A stretch of DNA of 63,932 bases, the filler included, from Lama guanicoe (Eukaryota), in NCBI GenBank assembly GCA_013239625.1. It is 77 parts of 77 records of this genome, joined end to end, with 100 filler letters (N's around TTAATTAATTAA, not from the genome) between each part and the next. Parts side by side here need not be neighbours in the genome. Positions count along the whole stretch, not along the records: positions 10,315 to 11,248 come from PNXV01025416.1; positions 11,349 to 12,534 come from MU057143.1; positions 12,635 to 13,470 come from MU057144.1; positions 13,571 to 13,785 come from MU057146.1; positions 13,886 to 14,345 come from PNXV01025447.1; positions 14,446 to 14,898 come from PNXV01025508.1; positions 14,999 to 15,501 come from PNXV01025509.1; positions 15,602 to 16,900 come from MU057153.1; 69 more parts are not named here. One strand, given 5' to 3'. Position 1 is the first letter of the stretch. Each line of letters begins with the position of its first letter. Below, piece after piece: positions 10,926 to 23,034 of this stretch. A program made the translations under genes and the position numbers. The notes under the pieces were generated by a model, which was not told the origin of the DNA, ran no database searches, and worked only from the letters and a program-made list of their open reading frames with translations.

Positions 10926-12634
10926 GGGAATATCTTTATCACCTCCAGATCTCTTCTCTGCATTGTTCTGCCTTGTTCTACACCTGGAGAGTCTGACCCC
11001 GCAGGACTTCTCTTCCCGGGCTCCATGGTGCTTCAGCTTCTGGTTGGGTGTGGAAGTTGGAAGAACTAAGAGGGGATGAAGTGTGAGACAGAGATCACAA
11101 CATTTACTCACCTTCTAAGGTTCTGGCAGGGAAGGCCTCTCCGGGATCACCGCTCAGCTCGGCAGCCGCACTTCCATGCCTCCCGCTGTCTCTGTGACAT
11201 GGTGGCATCCTTCCTCTCCTGTCCCTTCCAGGCCTCAGGTGGAGACAGNNNNNNNNNNNNNNNNNNNNNNNNNNNNNNNNNNNNNNNNNNNNTTAATTAA
11301 TTAANNNNNNNNNNNNNNNNNNNNNNNNNNNNNNNNNNNNNNNNNNNNCCATTGCTTCGGGCTGCACTGAGCGATTGGTAACGGTTGAGATTTTCACATA
11401 GAGGTGCTTGTATGCTCGGTTCATTTAAACTAGTGGCTACCAGAGCATGTTGGAGAACACATTTGTTCTCACCTTCTAGCCAGTGACCCTCCNNNNNNNN
11501 NNNNNNNNNNNNNNNNNNNNNNNNNNNNNNNNNNNNNNNNNNNNNNNNNNNNNNNNNNNNNNNNNNNNNNNNNNNNNNNNNNNNNNNNNNNNNNNNNNNN
11601 NNNNNNNNNNNNNNNNNNNNNNNNNNNNNNNNNNNNNNNNNNNNNNNNNNNNNNNNNNNNNNNNNNNNNNNNNNNNNNNNNNNNNNNNNNNNNNNNNNNN
11701 NNNNNNNNNNNNNNNNNNNNNNNNNNNNNNNNNNNNNNNNNNNNNNNNNNNNNNNNNNNNNNNNNNNNNNNNNNNNNNNNNNNNNNNNNNNNNNNNNNNN
11801 NNNNNNNNNNNNNNNNNNNNNNNNNNNNNNNNNNNNNNNNNNNNNNNNNNNNNNNNNNNNNNNNNNNNNNNNNNNNNNNNNNNNNNNNNNNNNNNNNNNN
11901 NNNNNNNNNNNNNNNNNNNNNNNNNNNNNNNNNNNNNNNNNNNNNNNNNNNNNNNNNNTGAAAATAGCTTGTTGTGTCACTGAGAAAGCCTCCTGGTCAG
12001 CCTTCTAGTTAAACAGCTCGTGTGCGTTTCGGTGGCAGGTGTGCTAAATAGTAGTTTTCAGGCACTTGAGGGATGCCCATCACACCAGCACTGCAGGAGC
12101 CTATTTCTCACCCACGACCAGGTGAGACCCTCCTTTCCTCCGCTGCCTCACCCAGGACCCCACATTCTGGTTCTTTCTCATGACCCATTTTCATAAAGTT
12201 CACCCTGCACCAGCTGAGCAAGTCTTGGTTTCTCAAAGACCAGGATCTTAGTTCTAGGCTTTCTGTTAAAGGACAGTGTATAAAATCAGGCAAATTTATA
12301 TGTCTTCTGAGGCCTCAGGATCTCTGCAATTAAAACAAGAACTTGAGTTACAATAATATTCTTTTCCACTTCTGAATTTCTATAACTCCACACAATAGCT
12401 TTTTTATTAATTAGCTAAAATTTTTTCCAGGATATATTTTCCTAAGATTCACAAACATCTGTTAATTTATATTTAAAAATGCTACATTTAAGAAATGGAA
12501 TAATTATTTACTTTTAAAAAGTAATTTAAGTCAANNNNNNNNNNNNNNNNNNNNNNNNNNNNNNNNNNNNNNNNNNNNTTAATTAATTAANNNNNNNNNN
12601 NNNNNNNNNNNNNNNNNNNNNNNNNNNNNNNNNN

Positions 12635-13470
12635 TATTTCTCGGAGTTCCCCGAGCAGGGAACACCTGTGACTGAAGAGAGCTCCGTGCAGTTATCTCTC
12701 GATCTCCCCCACACAATGACAATGGTTCCGGAATCCTGACCGTGGGGAGGTTCCACCAACGGTCGGCAGCGCGTGGGTTCTAACGGAATGCCTGTGCTCA
12801 ACTCCCCTGAGNNNNNNNNNNNNNNNNNNNNNNNNNNNNNNNNNNNNNNNNNNNNNNNNNNNNNNNNNNNNNNNNNNNNNNNNNNNNNNNNNNNNNNNNN
12901 NNNNNNNNNNNNNNNNNNNNNNNNNNNNNNNNNNNNNNNGTGGAGTTGTCTCTCGAGCTCCCTCACTCAATGACAATGGTTCCAGAATCCTGAGCGTGGG
13001 GAGGTTCCACCAACGGTCGGCAGCGCATGGGTTCTAATGGAATGCCTGTGCTCGTCTCCAATGAGGGTTTTCCTCATGTCTCTGTGCCAGGGAATGCTAT
13101 GGCTGTTTGCAGGAAATCACAGTGACAGAGTCTGCCTCCCCAAGGTCAGGGAAGGTATTTCTCGGATTTCCCCGAGCAGGGAACACCTGTCACTGAAGAG
13201 AGATGCTTGGAGTTGTCTCTCGAGCTCCCCCAATCAATGACAATGGTTCCGGAATCCTGAGCGAGGGGAAGTTCCACCAACGGTCGGCAGCACCTGGGTT
13301 CTAACGGAATGCTTGTGCTCGTCTCCAATGAGGGTTTTCCTCATGTCTCTGTGCCAGTGAATGCTAGGGTGGGTTGCAGGAATTCCCAGTGCAGAGGCTG
13401 TCTCCCCAAGGTAGGGGAAGTTATTTCTCAGACTTCCCGGAGCAGGGAACACCTGTGACTGAAGAGAGCT
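12635..13470 (+). repeat. 267-bp satellite array fragment
   Basis: Same monomer as 1704-2734 (CAGGGAACACCTGTGACTGAAGAGAGCT..GGTTCCACCAACGGTCGGCAGCG). Confidence 0.97.
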
Positions 13471-13885
13471 NNNNNNNNNNNNNNNNNNNNNNNNNNNNNN
13501 NNNNNNNNNNNNNNTTAATTAATTAANNNNNNNNNNNNNNNNNNNNNNNNNNNNNNNNNNNNNNNNNNNNCACGGTCAGACACAGCTGCAGAGAGAGCCC
13601 TCCACCCTCCAGGCTGGGCGGTGGTGCTGGCACATCTGTAAGACAGAACTGGCAGCCTCCACTTCCTGCACCCCGCCGCTTCCTGGCAGCGTTTACTCTT
13701 TGTTGCCGTGACAAACGGAAGGACAGGTTGCTAAAGTCTGAGCAGCTGAGCAATGCTGTGGTGCTCGAGGACCGACCCGCCCTTCNNNNNNNNNNNNNNN
13801 NNNNNNNNNNNNNNNNNNNNNNNNNNNNNTTAATTAATTAANNNNNNNNNNNNNNNNNNNNNNNNNNNNNNNNNNNNNNNNNNNN

Positions 13886-14345
13886 AAATTCTGTGTTCTA
13901 CATTCTATATTCTGCATTCCGTAATCTATATTCTATTTTCTATGTTCTACATTCTATATTCTAAATTCTATATCCAGTATTTTGTATTCTATATTCTAAA
14001 TTCTGTGTTCTACATTCTATATTCTAAATTCTGTGTTCTGCATTCCATAATCTAAATTCTGGATTCTATATTCTGTATTCTATATTCTATGTTATGTGTT
14101 CTACATTCTATATTCTAAATTCTATATTCAGAGTTCTGTATTGTATATCCTAAATTCTGTGTTCTACATTCTGTTTCTAATTACTATGTTTAGAAACTTT
14201 TTTTCTATATTATAAATTCTGTGTTCTGCATTCCACGTTCTAAATTCTGGGTTCTATATTCTCTAATAATATTCTCTATGTTCTATATTCTGTTTCCTTC
14301 ATTCAATATTCTAAACTGTATATTCTATATTCTGTATTCTATATT
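13886..14345 (+). repeat. AT-rich heptamer satellite (TTCTATA/TTCTAAA/TTCTGTG/TTCTACA variants)
   Basis: TTC recurs every 7 bp. Confidence 0.97.
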
Positions 14346-15601
14346 NNNNNNNNNNNNNNNNNNNNNNNNNNNNNNNNNNNNNNNNNNNNTTAATTAATTA
14401 ANNNNNNNNNNNNNNNNNNNNNNNNNNNNNNNNNNNNNNNNNNNNCCGCAGGCACTGTTCTAAGTGCTGTTGTGATCGTAACTGTCCTCGTTAGCAAGCC
14501 AAAGGGTCCATCTTCTTTTCTCGTTTCTGGTGAGAGCTAGATTTTAAAGCTCCTCTCTGCTCTGCTGCTGCTGCTTCGGGTTCTTCAGAGAGCTGTTTCC
14601 CTGAGCCCTCTGCAGGCACCTACACAGCCCGAATACACGACTTACAGCCTGCAGGCTTGGCGGCACCCCAGGAAAGGGGAGAGCCCTCTGGTGATTTCTA
14701 ATCCCTTCTCGGAGCCTCGGACTGCGTCTTCCATCCGAGGACACGTGGCCAGAATCCAACATCAGGTCAGAAAGGAAGCAAGAAAGCAAAACCCCCCCAG
14801 CGAGCTGCTGGGAAATCCTATAAAAGGCTCCCTCCATTGCCCTAGTCTTGAGATGGTGATTTATGGAGACATCGTCCTCCAGCCTAAATCTACTTCCTNN
14901 NNNNNNNNNNNNNNNNNNNNNNNNNNNNNNNNNNNNNNNNNNTTAATTAATTAANNNNNNNNNNNNNNNNNNNNNNNNNNNNNNNNNNNNNNNNNNNNGA
15001 TGACATTTAACATCTATGGTCTTTTTTAAATCAAGTAATTCAATATGAATGTCAAGGACAGCAGTGAAGGTTGTGTGTGGTGATTGCTGCTTCAGAGTCT
15101 CCAGTCCTGCCCCATGATCTTACAGGTGTTTATGCATCTTTGTCTGTGTTATCACATCAGTCTATTAGGAGCTGAAATTAAACTACCTGGATGCTAATTT
15201 TTCTTTTTAAAAACAATAAACTCAATTTCCCCTTCTAATTCTTTAATACTGAGGCTCACCACTTTTCCTAATATATATATTTGGTGGGGAGGGGGGCACA
15301 GCCCTGAAAGCCTGCAGACAGCACCAACTCTATAAGATTAACCAGAGGTGGCCGTGGATATTATGTGACTTCAGCCACTGAGCACGAGCACCTGCTGTCC
15401 CTCCAACTGTTCTGCCTCCATTGTTGACAGCCCTGAATGTCACTGCACCTTATAAAATTCTACAACATTACAGTTCATATATTTTTGAAAGTTATATATT
15501 TNNNNNNNNNNNNNNNNNNNNNNNNNNNNNNNNNNNNNNNNNNNNTTAATTAATTAANNNNNNNNNNNNNNNNNNNNNNNNNNNNNNNNNNNNNNNNNNN
15601 N

Positions 15602-16900
15602 AAGCATCTTTCAGGGGGCACATTTATTCCATGGTTGTGGGTTGTTGGTTTAAATCCCACATCTCATGGATAGGCTCTCTCTAATACTTGGTTTAGAGCC
15701 CAACCCCCACTTTCCCCCACTCTCCAGCCTAGGCATGCCATCAGGGAAGACAAGCTAAGGGATTCTATTAGAACCCAGGCGCTGCTGTCATTTGGAGGAG
15801 CCTCCACACAGTCAGGATACCTGAGCACGTCTCCGAAGGTTGGGAAACAGATTCCACGGATCTTTATGGGGGCACAGGTGTTCCCAGGTAAGGGATGTAG
15901 TTTAAACACCTCCACAATCCATAGAGAGTTCATCGCAAATACTTGGTTTCGGAGCCCAAACCGCACTTTCTCCCGCACTCTCGCCTAGGCTTTCCATCAA
16001 TGAAGACAAGCAAAGGGATTCAATTAGAACCCAGGCGCTGCTGTCAGTTGGAGGAACTTCCCTGCACTCAGAATTGCAGAACATATTCTTAGGTGTGGGA
16101 GAGATGTNNNNNNNNNNNNNNNNNNNNNNNNNNNNNNNNNNNNNNNNNNNNNNNNNNNNNNNNNNNNNNNNNNNNNNNNNNNNNNNNNNNNNNNNNNNNN
16201 NNNNNNNNNNNNNNNNNNNNNNNNNNNNNNNNNNNNNNNNNNNNNNNNNNNNNNNNNNNNNNNNNNNNNNNNNNNNNNNNNNNNNNNNNNNNNNNNNNNN
16301 NNNNNNNNNNNNNNNNNNNNNNNNNNNNNNNNNNNNNNNNNNNNNNNNNNNNNNNNNNNNNNNNNNNNNNNNNNNNNNNNNNNNNNNNNNNNNNNNNNNN
16401 NNNNNNNNNNNNNNNNNNNNNNNNNNNNNNNNNNNNNNNNNNNNNNNNNNNNNNNNNNNNNNNNNNNNNNNNNNNNNNNNNNNNNNNNNNNNNNNNNNNN
16501 NNNNNNNNNNNNNNNNNNNNNNNNNNNNNNNNNNNNNNNNNNNNNNNNNNNNNNNNNNNNNNNNNNNNNNNNNNNACCTGAGCACGTCTCCGTGTGTGTG
16601 CTGGAGGTTGGGAAACAGATTCCACGCATCTTTATGGGGCACAGGTGTTCCAAGGTTGGGGAAGTAGTTTAAAACCCTCCACTACCCACAGAGATGCACT
16701 CGCTAATACTTGGCTTTTGAGCCCATCCTCCACCATCGCTTACTGCTAGTCCTAGGAAAACACTTAGGGAAGTCAACTAATGGATTCTATTAAAACCCAG
16801 GTGCTGCTGTCCGTTGGAGGAACCTCCCACACTCAGAACCCCAGAACCCTACTTCCTGTGTGTGCTGGTCGTGGGGAAACAAAACACACGCATTTTTCAG
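15602..16900 (-). repeat. Divergent multimeric satellite (about 256-266 bp monomers) related to the 267-bp satellite
   Basis: GAACCCAGGCGCTGCTGTCA at 15771 and 16027; reverse complement CAGCAGCGCCTGGGTTCTAATAGAATCCCTTAGCTTGTCTTCCCTGA resembles 267-bp CGGCAGCGCGTGGGTTCTAACGGAATGCCTAAGCTCGTCTCCCCTGA. Confidence 0.85.
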
Positions 16901-17000
16901 NNNNNNNNNNNNNNNNNNNNNNNNNNNNNNNNNNNNNNNNNNNNTTAATTAATTAANNNNNNNNNNNNNNNNNNNNNNNNNNNNNNNNNNNNNNNNNNNN

Positions 17001-17892
17001 CACTCCTGGGCCTGCACACTCCTGTGTCTGCACACTCCTGGGCCTGCTCTTTCCTGTGTCCGCACACTCCTGGGCCTACCCTTTTCTGGGACTGCCCTCT
17101 ACTGGGCCTGCTCCCAACTGTGCCGGCACACGCCTGGGCCTACACACTCCTGGGCCTGCCCTCTACTTGGCCTGCCCACTCCTGTGTCTACACGTTCCTG
17201 GGCTTGCACAATCCTGTGCCTACACGCTCCTAGGCCTGCACACTCCTGGGCCTGCCCTCTCCTGGACCTGCACACTGCTGGGCCTGCTCCCTCCTGTGCC
17301 TCACACTCCAGGGCCTGCACACTCCTGTGCCTGCCTCCTCCTGTACCTGCACACTCCTGTGTCTGCACAGTCCAGGGCCTTCACACTCCTGTGTCTGCAC
17401 ACTACTGGGCCTGCAAACTCTTGGGACTGCACACACCTTGGCCTGCACACTTCTGTACGGCCTGTACACTTCTGTGTCTACATGCCCCTGGGCCTGCCCA
17501 CTCCTGTGTCTAGATGCTCCTGGGCCTGCACAGACTTGTGCCTGCTCCCTCCTGAGCCTGCACACTCCTGGACCTACACACACATGGGCCTGCACACTCC
17601 TGTGCCTGCTCCAACTTGAGTCTGCACACTCCAGGGCTGCACACTCCTGTGTCTGCACACTCTTGGGCCTGAACAATTCAGGGCCTGCCCTCTCTTGTGT
17701 CTGCACACCCCTGGGCCTGCACAGTCCTGTGCCTCCTCCCTCCTGTGCCTGCACTGTCCTGGGCCTGCACACTCCTGTCTCTGCACACTCCTGGGCCTGC
17801 ACACTCCTTTGCACACACCTGTGCCACCACACTCCTGTGTCTACACACTCCTGGGCCTACCTTCTCCTGGGCCTGCTCCCTCCTGTGCCTGC
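17001..17892 (+). repeat. 16-bp minisatellite (CACACTCCTGGGCCTG / CACACTCCTGTGTCTG variants)
   Basis: CTCCTG at 17003, 17019, 17035 and onward; about 55 units. Confidence 0.95.
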
Positions 17893-17992
17893 NNNNNNNN
17901 NNNNNNNNNNNNNNNNNNNNNNNNNNNNNNNNNNNNTTAATTAATTAANNNNNNNNNNNNNNNNNNNNNNNNNNNNNNNNNNNNNNNNNNNN

Positions 17993-18518
17993 TCTATATT
18001 CTGCATTCCGTTTCTCTATTCTTTATTCTGTGTTCTATATTATGTATTCTAAATTACATATTCAATATTGTGTATACTATATTCTGAATTCTGTGTCTTA
18101 CATTCTATATTCAAAATTCTAAATTCAGTATACTGTATTTTATATTCTAAATTCTGTATTCTGCATACCATTTTCTAAATTCTGCTTTCTATATACTCTA
18201 TTCTATATTCTATATTCTGTGTTCTACATTCTATTTTCTAAATTCTATATTCAGTATTCTGTATTCTATATTCTAATTTCTGTGTTCTGCATTCCAATTT
18301 CTAAATTCTATATTCAGTAGTCTGTATTCTATTTTCTGTATTCTGTGTTCTACATTCTATATTCTAAATTCTATATTCAGAATTCTGTATTCTATATTCT
18401 AAATTCTGTGTTCAGCATTCGATTTCTAAATTCAGGGTTCAATATTCTCTTTTATATAAGATTTCTAATTTCAGGGTTCAATATTCTCTTTTATATATTC
18501 CATATTTTGTGTTCTTCA
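17993..18518 (+). repeat. Heptamer satellite fragment
   Basis: 7-bp TTC periodicity. Confidence 0.97.
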
Positions 18519-21003
18519 NNNNNNNNNNNNNNNNNNNNNNNNNNNNNNNNNNNNNNNNNNNNTTAATTAATTAANNNNNNNNNNNNNNNNNNNNNNNNNN
18601 NNNNNNNNNNNNNNNNNNTTAGCACAAGAAAGTTTATGTTTCAGTTTTTAAAAAAATCAATTATTTTGCACTTTCTTAATTTTAAACCTATTATTATTTT
18701 ATAAAGGGAGCTATGCTGCAGATTATAAACCAAATATCTGGCTTCTGCAAAAAAGACCTATATGACTTCACTATTTCAGAGCAAGCTTTAATAATGCTTT
18801 CAAAAGTGGGGTCTAGGGCGCTCACTAACAGCTCTTTAAATACTGACAAAGATGTGCTATTATGTAATGCAAAGGGTCTACCTACACATCAACTCAGAAA
18901 CCAAAGAAATTACACGAAAGCCTTAGTTTATCATTTTAAAATATTCCTATTATTTTGAATATAAATTTCACAAAAGATAAGATTTTTTTTGAGAAAGACA
19001 TCAGTTGTATTAAATTTCCTCTCACCAAGAAAGCAATCTTTATCAAGAATTAATACCCCTATGGAAATCCAAAAGACGGGACGTTTCTAACTAAGTTAAC
19101 CTACAGATCTCAACACAAGACTAAATCCTATCAGATCTCACTTGAACGAGCTCAGCAAAGTCCTGGGCTNNNNNNNNNNNNNNNNNNNNNNNNNNNNNNN
19201 NNNNNNNNNNNNNTTAATTAATTAANNNNNNNNNNNNNNNNNNNNNNNNNNNNNNNNNNNNNNNNNNNNTTATTGGCTGCTTAATAGAATCCAGAAAGAA
19301 TTAGAATTAGAGAAACCTCAAATAGACCATGTAATATGTGCCCTTTCTTGAAGCCAAGAACTGGTGGTAAGTGCTTATCTCTTTTATTTTTCACCATCTT
19401 CATGACAGGTTAAGGGGAAAACAGCCTTTGAGGATGGTGGTTTATAATTTCTTTTCTTTTTGTGACTGAAAATTTCTATACCCAGAAAGACAAAAGCCAA
19501 AGTGTTCTTATGCCAAGTTGAATTTCTTTTCTTATGACTTGAAATTCTTTTCGGATTTTAGTGGCCGTGCGACACACCTAGTCAGTACTTACCATTTAAT
19601 AATTTAATAATTCTTCATATAGTGAAAGATTCTTTTTAGTCTTTTCTTCTTAATTTGTTTCCTATTTATTCATACTTATAACCCTTTTAATCAGACATAC
19701 AGATGTTCCACGAAAGAATCTGTTCATTCAAAACTTCCATGTCTAGGAAGGTTATTTATGAGTTAATCTGATAAGGAGGAATCTCAGTTCCTTTTTTATA
19801 GTGCAGTCTCAGTGTAGCATTTTTGAATCAAATATATATTTTTCCTTCAAGACTGATGAAGCATGTAAAATTCTCGACGCCCTTCCAAGGATTNNNNNNN
19901 NNNNNNNNNNNNNNNNNNNNNNNNNNNNNNNNNNNNNTTAATTAATTAANNNNNNNNNNNNNNNNNNNNNNNNNNNNNNNNNNNNNNNNNNNNCGATGTG
20001 ACCTCGGTATACTCCAAAACATGGTGTGGTTGTACTGGGCTACATGTGTCTTTCATGGACCCTGCAAAGTTCTCTGCTTTGTGAAATGGGGAACTAAGGA
20101 ACTCCCACCCATGCCTGTAGCTCCCAGGGTTTGCACACTTACGTGTTTTGAGGATTTGCTGGCAACTCATTCTTTTTCACCANNNNNNNNNNNNNNNNNN
20201 NNNNNNNNNNNNNNNNNNNNNNNNNNNNNNNNNNNNNNNNNNNNNNNNNNNNNNNNNNNNNNNNNNNNNNNNNNNNNNNNNNNNNNNNNNNNNNNNNNNN
20301 NNNNNNNNNNNNNNNNNNNNNNNNNNNNNNNNNNNNNNNNNNNNNNNNNNNNNNNNNNNNNNNNNNNNNNNNNNNNNNNNNNNNNNNNNNNNNNNNNNAT
20401 GAATGACTGTTACACTCCCCTTTGAAGCATGAGGAAAATGACACTCAGGGAAAGGAGGTAAATTTCATAAGGTTCCAAAGACAAAAAGGGATGAGCACAG
20501 AATAAGATCCCTGCAAATTTCTTGGCTGTCATCAGCCTTTAGGTCAGTGACAGAGTGCTATGTGTAGTAGTAAAGTTGTAGCGTGCTTATAAGAGGGTGC
20601 GGATGTTCTTGTTTCTGTTGATAAAATCACAGTGTTTTTTCTGGGACTCTGAAAAAGAGAAATGGGTTAGAAAATGTTGGTTTCTCATTCTTGGTCCTTC
20701 CTCCCCCTCACAGATATGGACCCTTCCATCTGTAGCAGGAATAAGACAGCCCCAGCTTTCCCATCTCATGAGATCAGTTCTCATTCATTTCATCCCTGCC
20801 TACCTGTAGGTGATAAAGCACAGCATGATTTTCATGTCCTGCTTCACTGANNNNNNNNNNNNNNNNNNNNNNNNNNNNNNNNNNNNNNNNNNNNTTAATT
20901 AATTAANNNNNNNNNNNNNNNNNNNNNNNNNNNNNNNNNNNNNNNNNNNNCAGCATGGTGACTCTAAATGAGCCACAATTCCAAGTCTTCTGATGCCTTC
21001 CTG

Positions 21004-21669
21004 TTACTTGACAGCCAAACACAACTTCTCTGTAATTCTTTTCAGTGCACTTTTTACTTCCTGATTCCTCAAGCTATAGATCAATGGGTTTAACATGGGA
21101 ATCACCACCACATAAAACACCGAAGCAAACTTATCTGTGTTCAGAGAATGGCTTGACTTGGGCAGTAGGTACATTAAAATGATTGTCCCATAAAATATGG
21201 TGATGGAGGTCAGGTGGGAAGCACAGGTGGAAAAGGCTTTCTGTCTTCCTTCAGCAGAATGGATCCTCAGGATGGCAAGGAGGATGAAGACATAGGAAAC
21301 GATCACGACCAGTAGAGAGCACAGCATATTGAACCCAGCGATGGCTAACAACATCAGCTCTTTGACCTGAGTGTCAGAACAGGCCAGCGCAACCAAGGGC
21401 ACGTCATCACAGTAGAAGTGGTTGACCATATTGGAGCCACAAAAAGACAACTGGAATGTCGCCACTGTCTGTACGAGACCCACACTGAACCCATAAACAT
21501 ACGTGCTAGCAATGATTCTTTTACAGAGTTTTTTAGGCATGAGAATGATGTAGAGTAAAGGGCTGCAGATGGCCACATACCCATACCTATCATATGCCAT
21601 GACTGAGAGCAAATACTGCTCACAAACTACAAATGTGATGAAGCAGCACACCTGAAGGGCACATGCATA
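21004..21669 (-). CDS. Olfactory receptor (class II, family 5/8-like), TM3 to stop; 5' part missing at contig end
   Basis: MAYDRY(GY)VAICSPLLY, NHFYCDDVPLVALACSDT, KAFSTCASHL, PMLNPLIYSLRNQEVK; frame open to TAA at 21004. Confidence 0.95.
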   Translation of the reverse strand, partial: YACALQVCCFITFVVCEQYLLSVMAYDRYGYVAICSPLLYIILMPKKLCKRIIASTYVYGFSVGLVQTVATFQLSFCGSNMVNHFYCDDVPLVALACSDTQVKELMLLAIAGFNMLCSLLVVIVSYVFILLAILRIHSAEGRQKAFSTCASHLTSITIFYGTIILMYLLPKSSHSLNTDKFASVFYVVVIPMLNPLIYSLRNQEVKSALKRITEKLCLAVK

Positions 21670-21769
21670 NNNNNNNNNNNNNNNNNNNNNNNNNNNNNNN
21701 NNNNNNNNNNNNNTTAATTAATTAANNNNNNNNNNNNNNNNNNNNNNNNNNNNNNNNNNNNNNNNNNNN

Positions 21770-23034
21770 CCTGCTTTGCCTTCGCCTGCTTCCAGGTGTT
21801 CTGAGGCCTCATCCTGTCCGTGGAAGTAACAGACCTCTCTTCGTCAAGTGTCCTGTGCCAAGGACTGTGTGAGTGGATGTTTCCATTGCTTTGTACATGG
21901 GATCGTGTGAGCGCAGTTTGCACTGCTTCTCTGCCAACTGGGCATCGATGAATCAACACTTTCCAGATACATTTCACAGAAATGTGATTTTTGTTTAGCT
22001 CTTTGTTTCTATACAGCCGTGGTGGGAGGGATTGTCCGAACACTACAGTTTTGACATTGTGTTGATATCTCATTTGCAGTCTTTAAAAAGTTTAATAGAA
22101 TTGATTTACATGTTTTGGGAGTNNNNNNNNNNNNNNNNNNNNNNNNNNNNNNNNNNNNNNNNNNNNNNNNNNNNNNNNNNNNNNNNNNNNNNNNNNNNNN
22201 NNNNNNNNNNNNNNNNNNNNNNNNNNNNNNNNNNNNNNNNNNNNNNNNNNNNNNNNNNNNNNNNNNNNNNNNNNNNNNNNNNNNNNNNNNNNNNNNNNNN
22301 NNNNNNNNNNNNNNNNNNNNNNNNNNNNNNNNNNNNNNNNNNNNNNNNNNNNNNNNNNNNNNNNNNNNNNNNNNNNNNNNNNNNNNNNNNNNNNNNNNNN
22401 NNNNNNNNNNNNNNNNNNNNNNNNNNNNNNNNNNNNNNNNNNNNNNNNNNNNNNNNNNNNNNNNNNNNNNNNNNNNNNNNNNNNNNNNNNNNNNNNNNNN
22501 NNNNNNNNNNNNNNNNNNNNNNNNNNNNNNNNNNNNNNNNNNNNNNNNNNNNNNNNNNNNNNNNNNNNNNNNNNNNNNNNNNNNNNNNNNNNNNNNNNNN
22601 NNNNNNNNNNNNNNNNNNNNNNNNNNNNNNNNNNNNNNNNNNNNNNNNNNNNNNNNNNNNNNNNNNNNNNNNNNNNNNNNNNNNNNNNNNNNNNNNNNNN
22701 NNNNNNNNNNNNNNNNNNNNNNNNNNNNNNNNNNNNNNNNNNNNNNNNNNNNNNNNNNNNNNNNNNNNNNNNNNNNNNNNNNNNNNNNNNNNNNNNNNNN
22801 NNNNNNNNNNNNNNNNNNNNNNNNNNNNNNNNNNNNNNNNNNNNNNNNNNNNNNNNNNNNNNNNNNNNNNNNNNNNNNNNNNNNNNNNNNNNNNNNNNNN
22901 NNNNNNNNNNNNNNNNNNNNGACTATTTGACCTTTAAGGTGTTCACTGATGTTCACAGAGTTTGAAGCTGGAGGAACTCTTACACTAGGAGTGGCTTGCT
23001 CTTCTCGTGCTGGCTTCATAGCAGCTCAGGTAGT
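21770..23034 (-). repeat. Copy of the multicopy >=3.5-kb macro-repeat (piece C)
   Basis: 21770-22010 matches 26366-26608; reverse complement of 22921-23034 matches 62248-62360 and 61941-62010. Confidence 0.88.

Noticed and set aside
17056..17944. Cys/Pro/His-rich ORFs resembling keratin-associated proteins
   Set aside because: Open in several frames on both strands because of a 16-bp minisatellite whose period is not a multiple of 3
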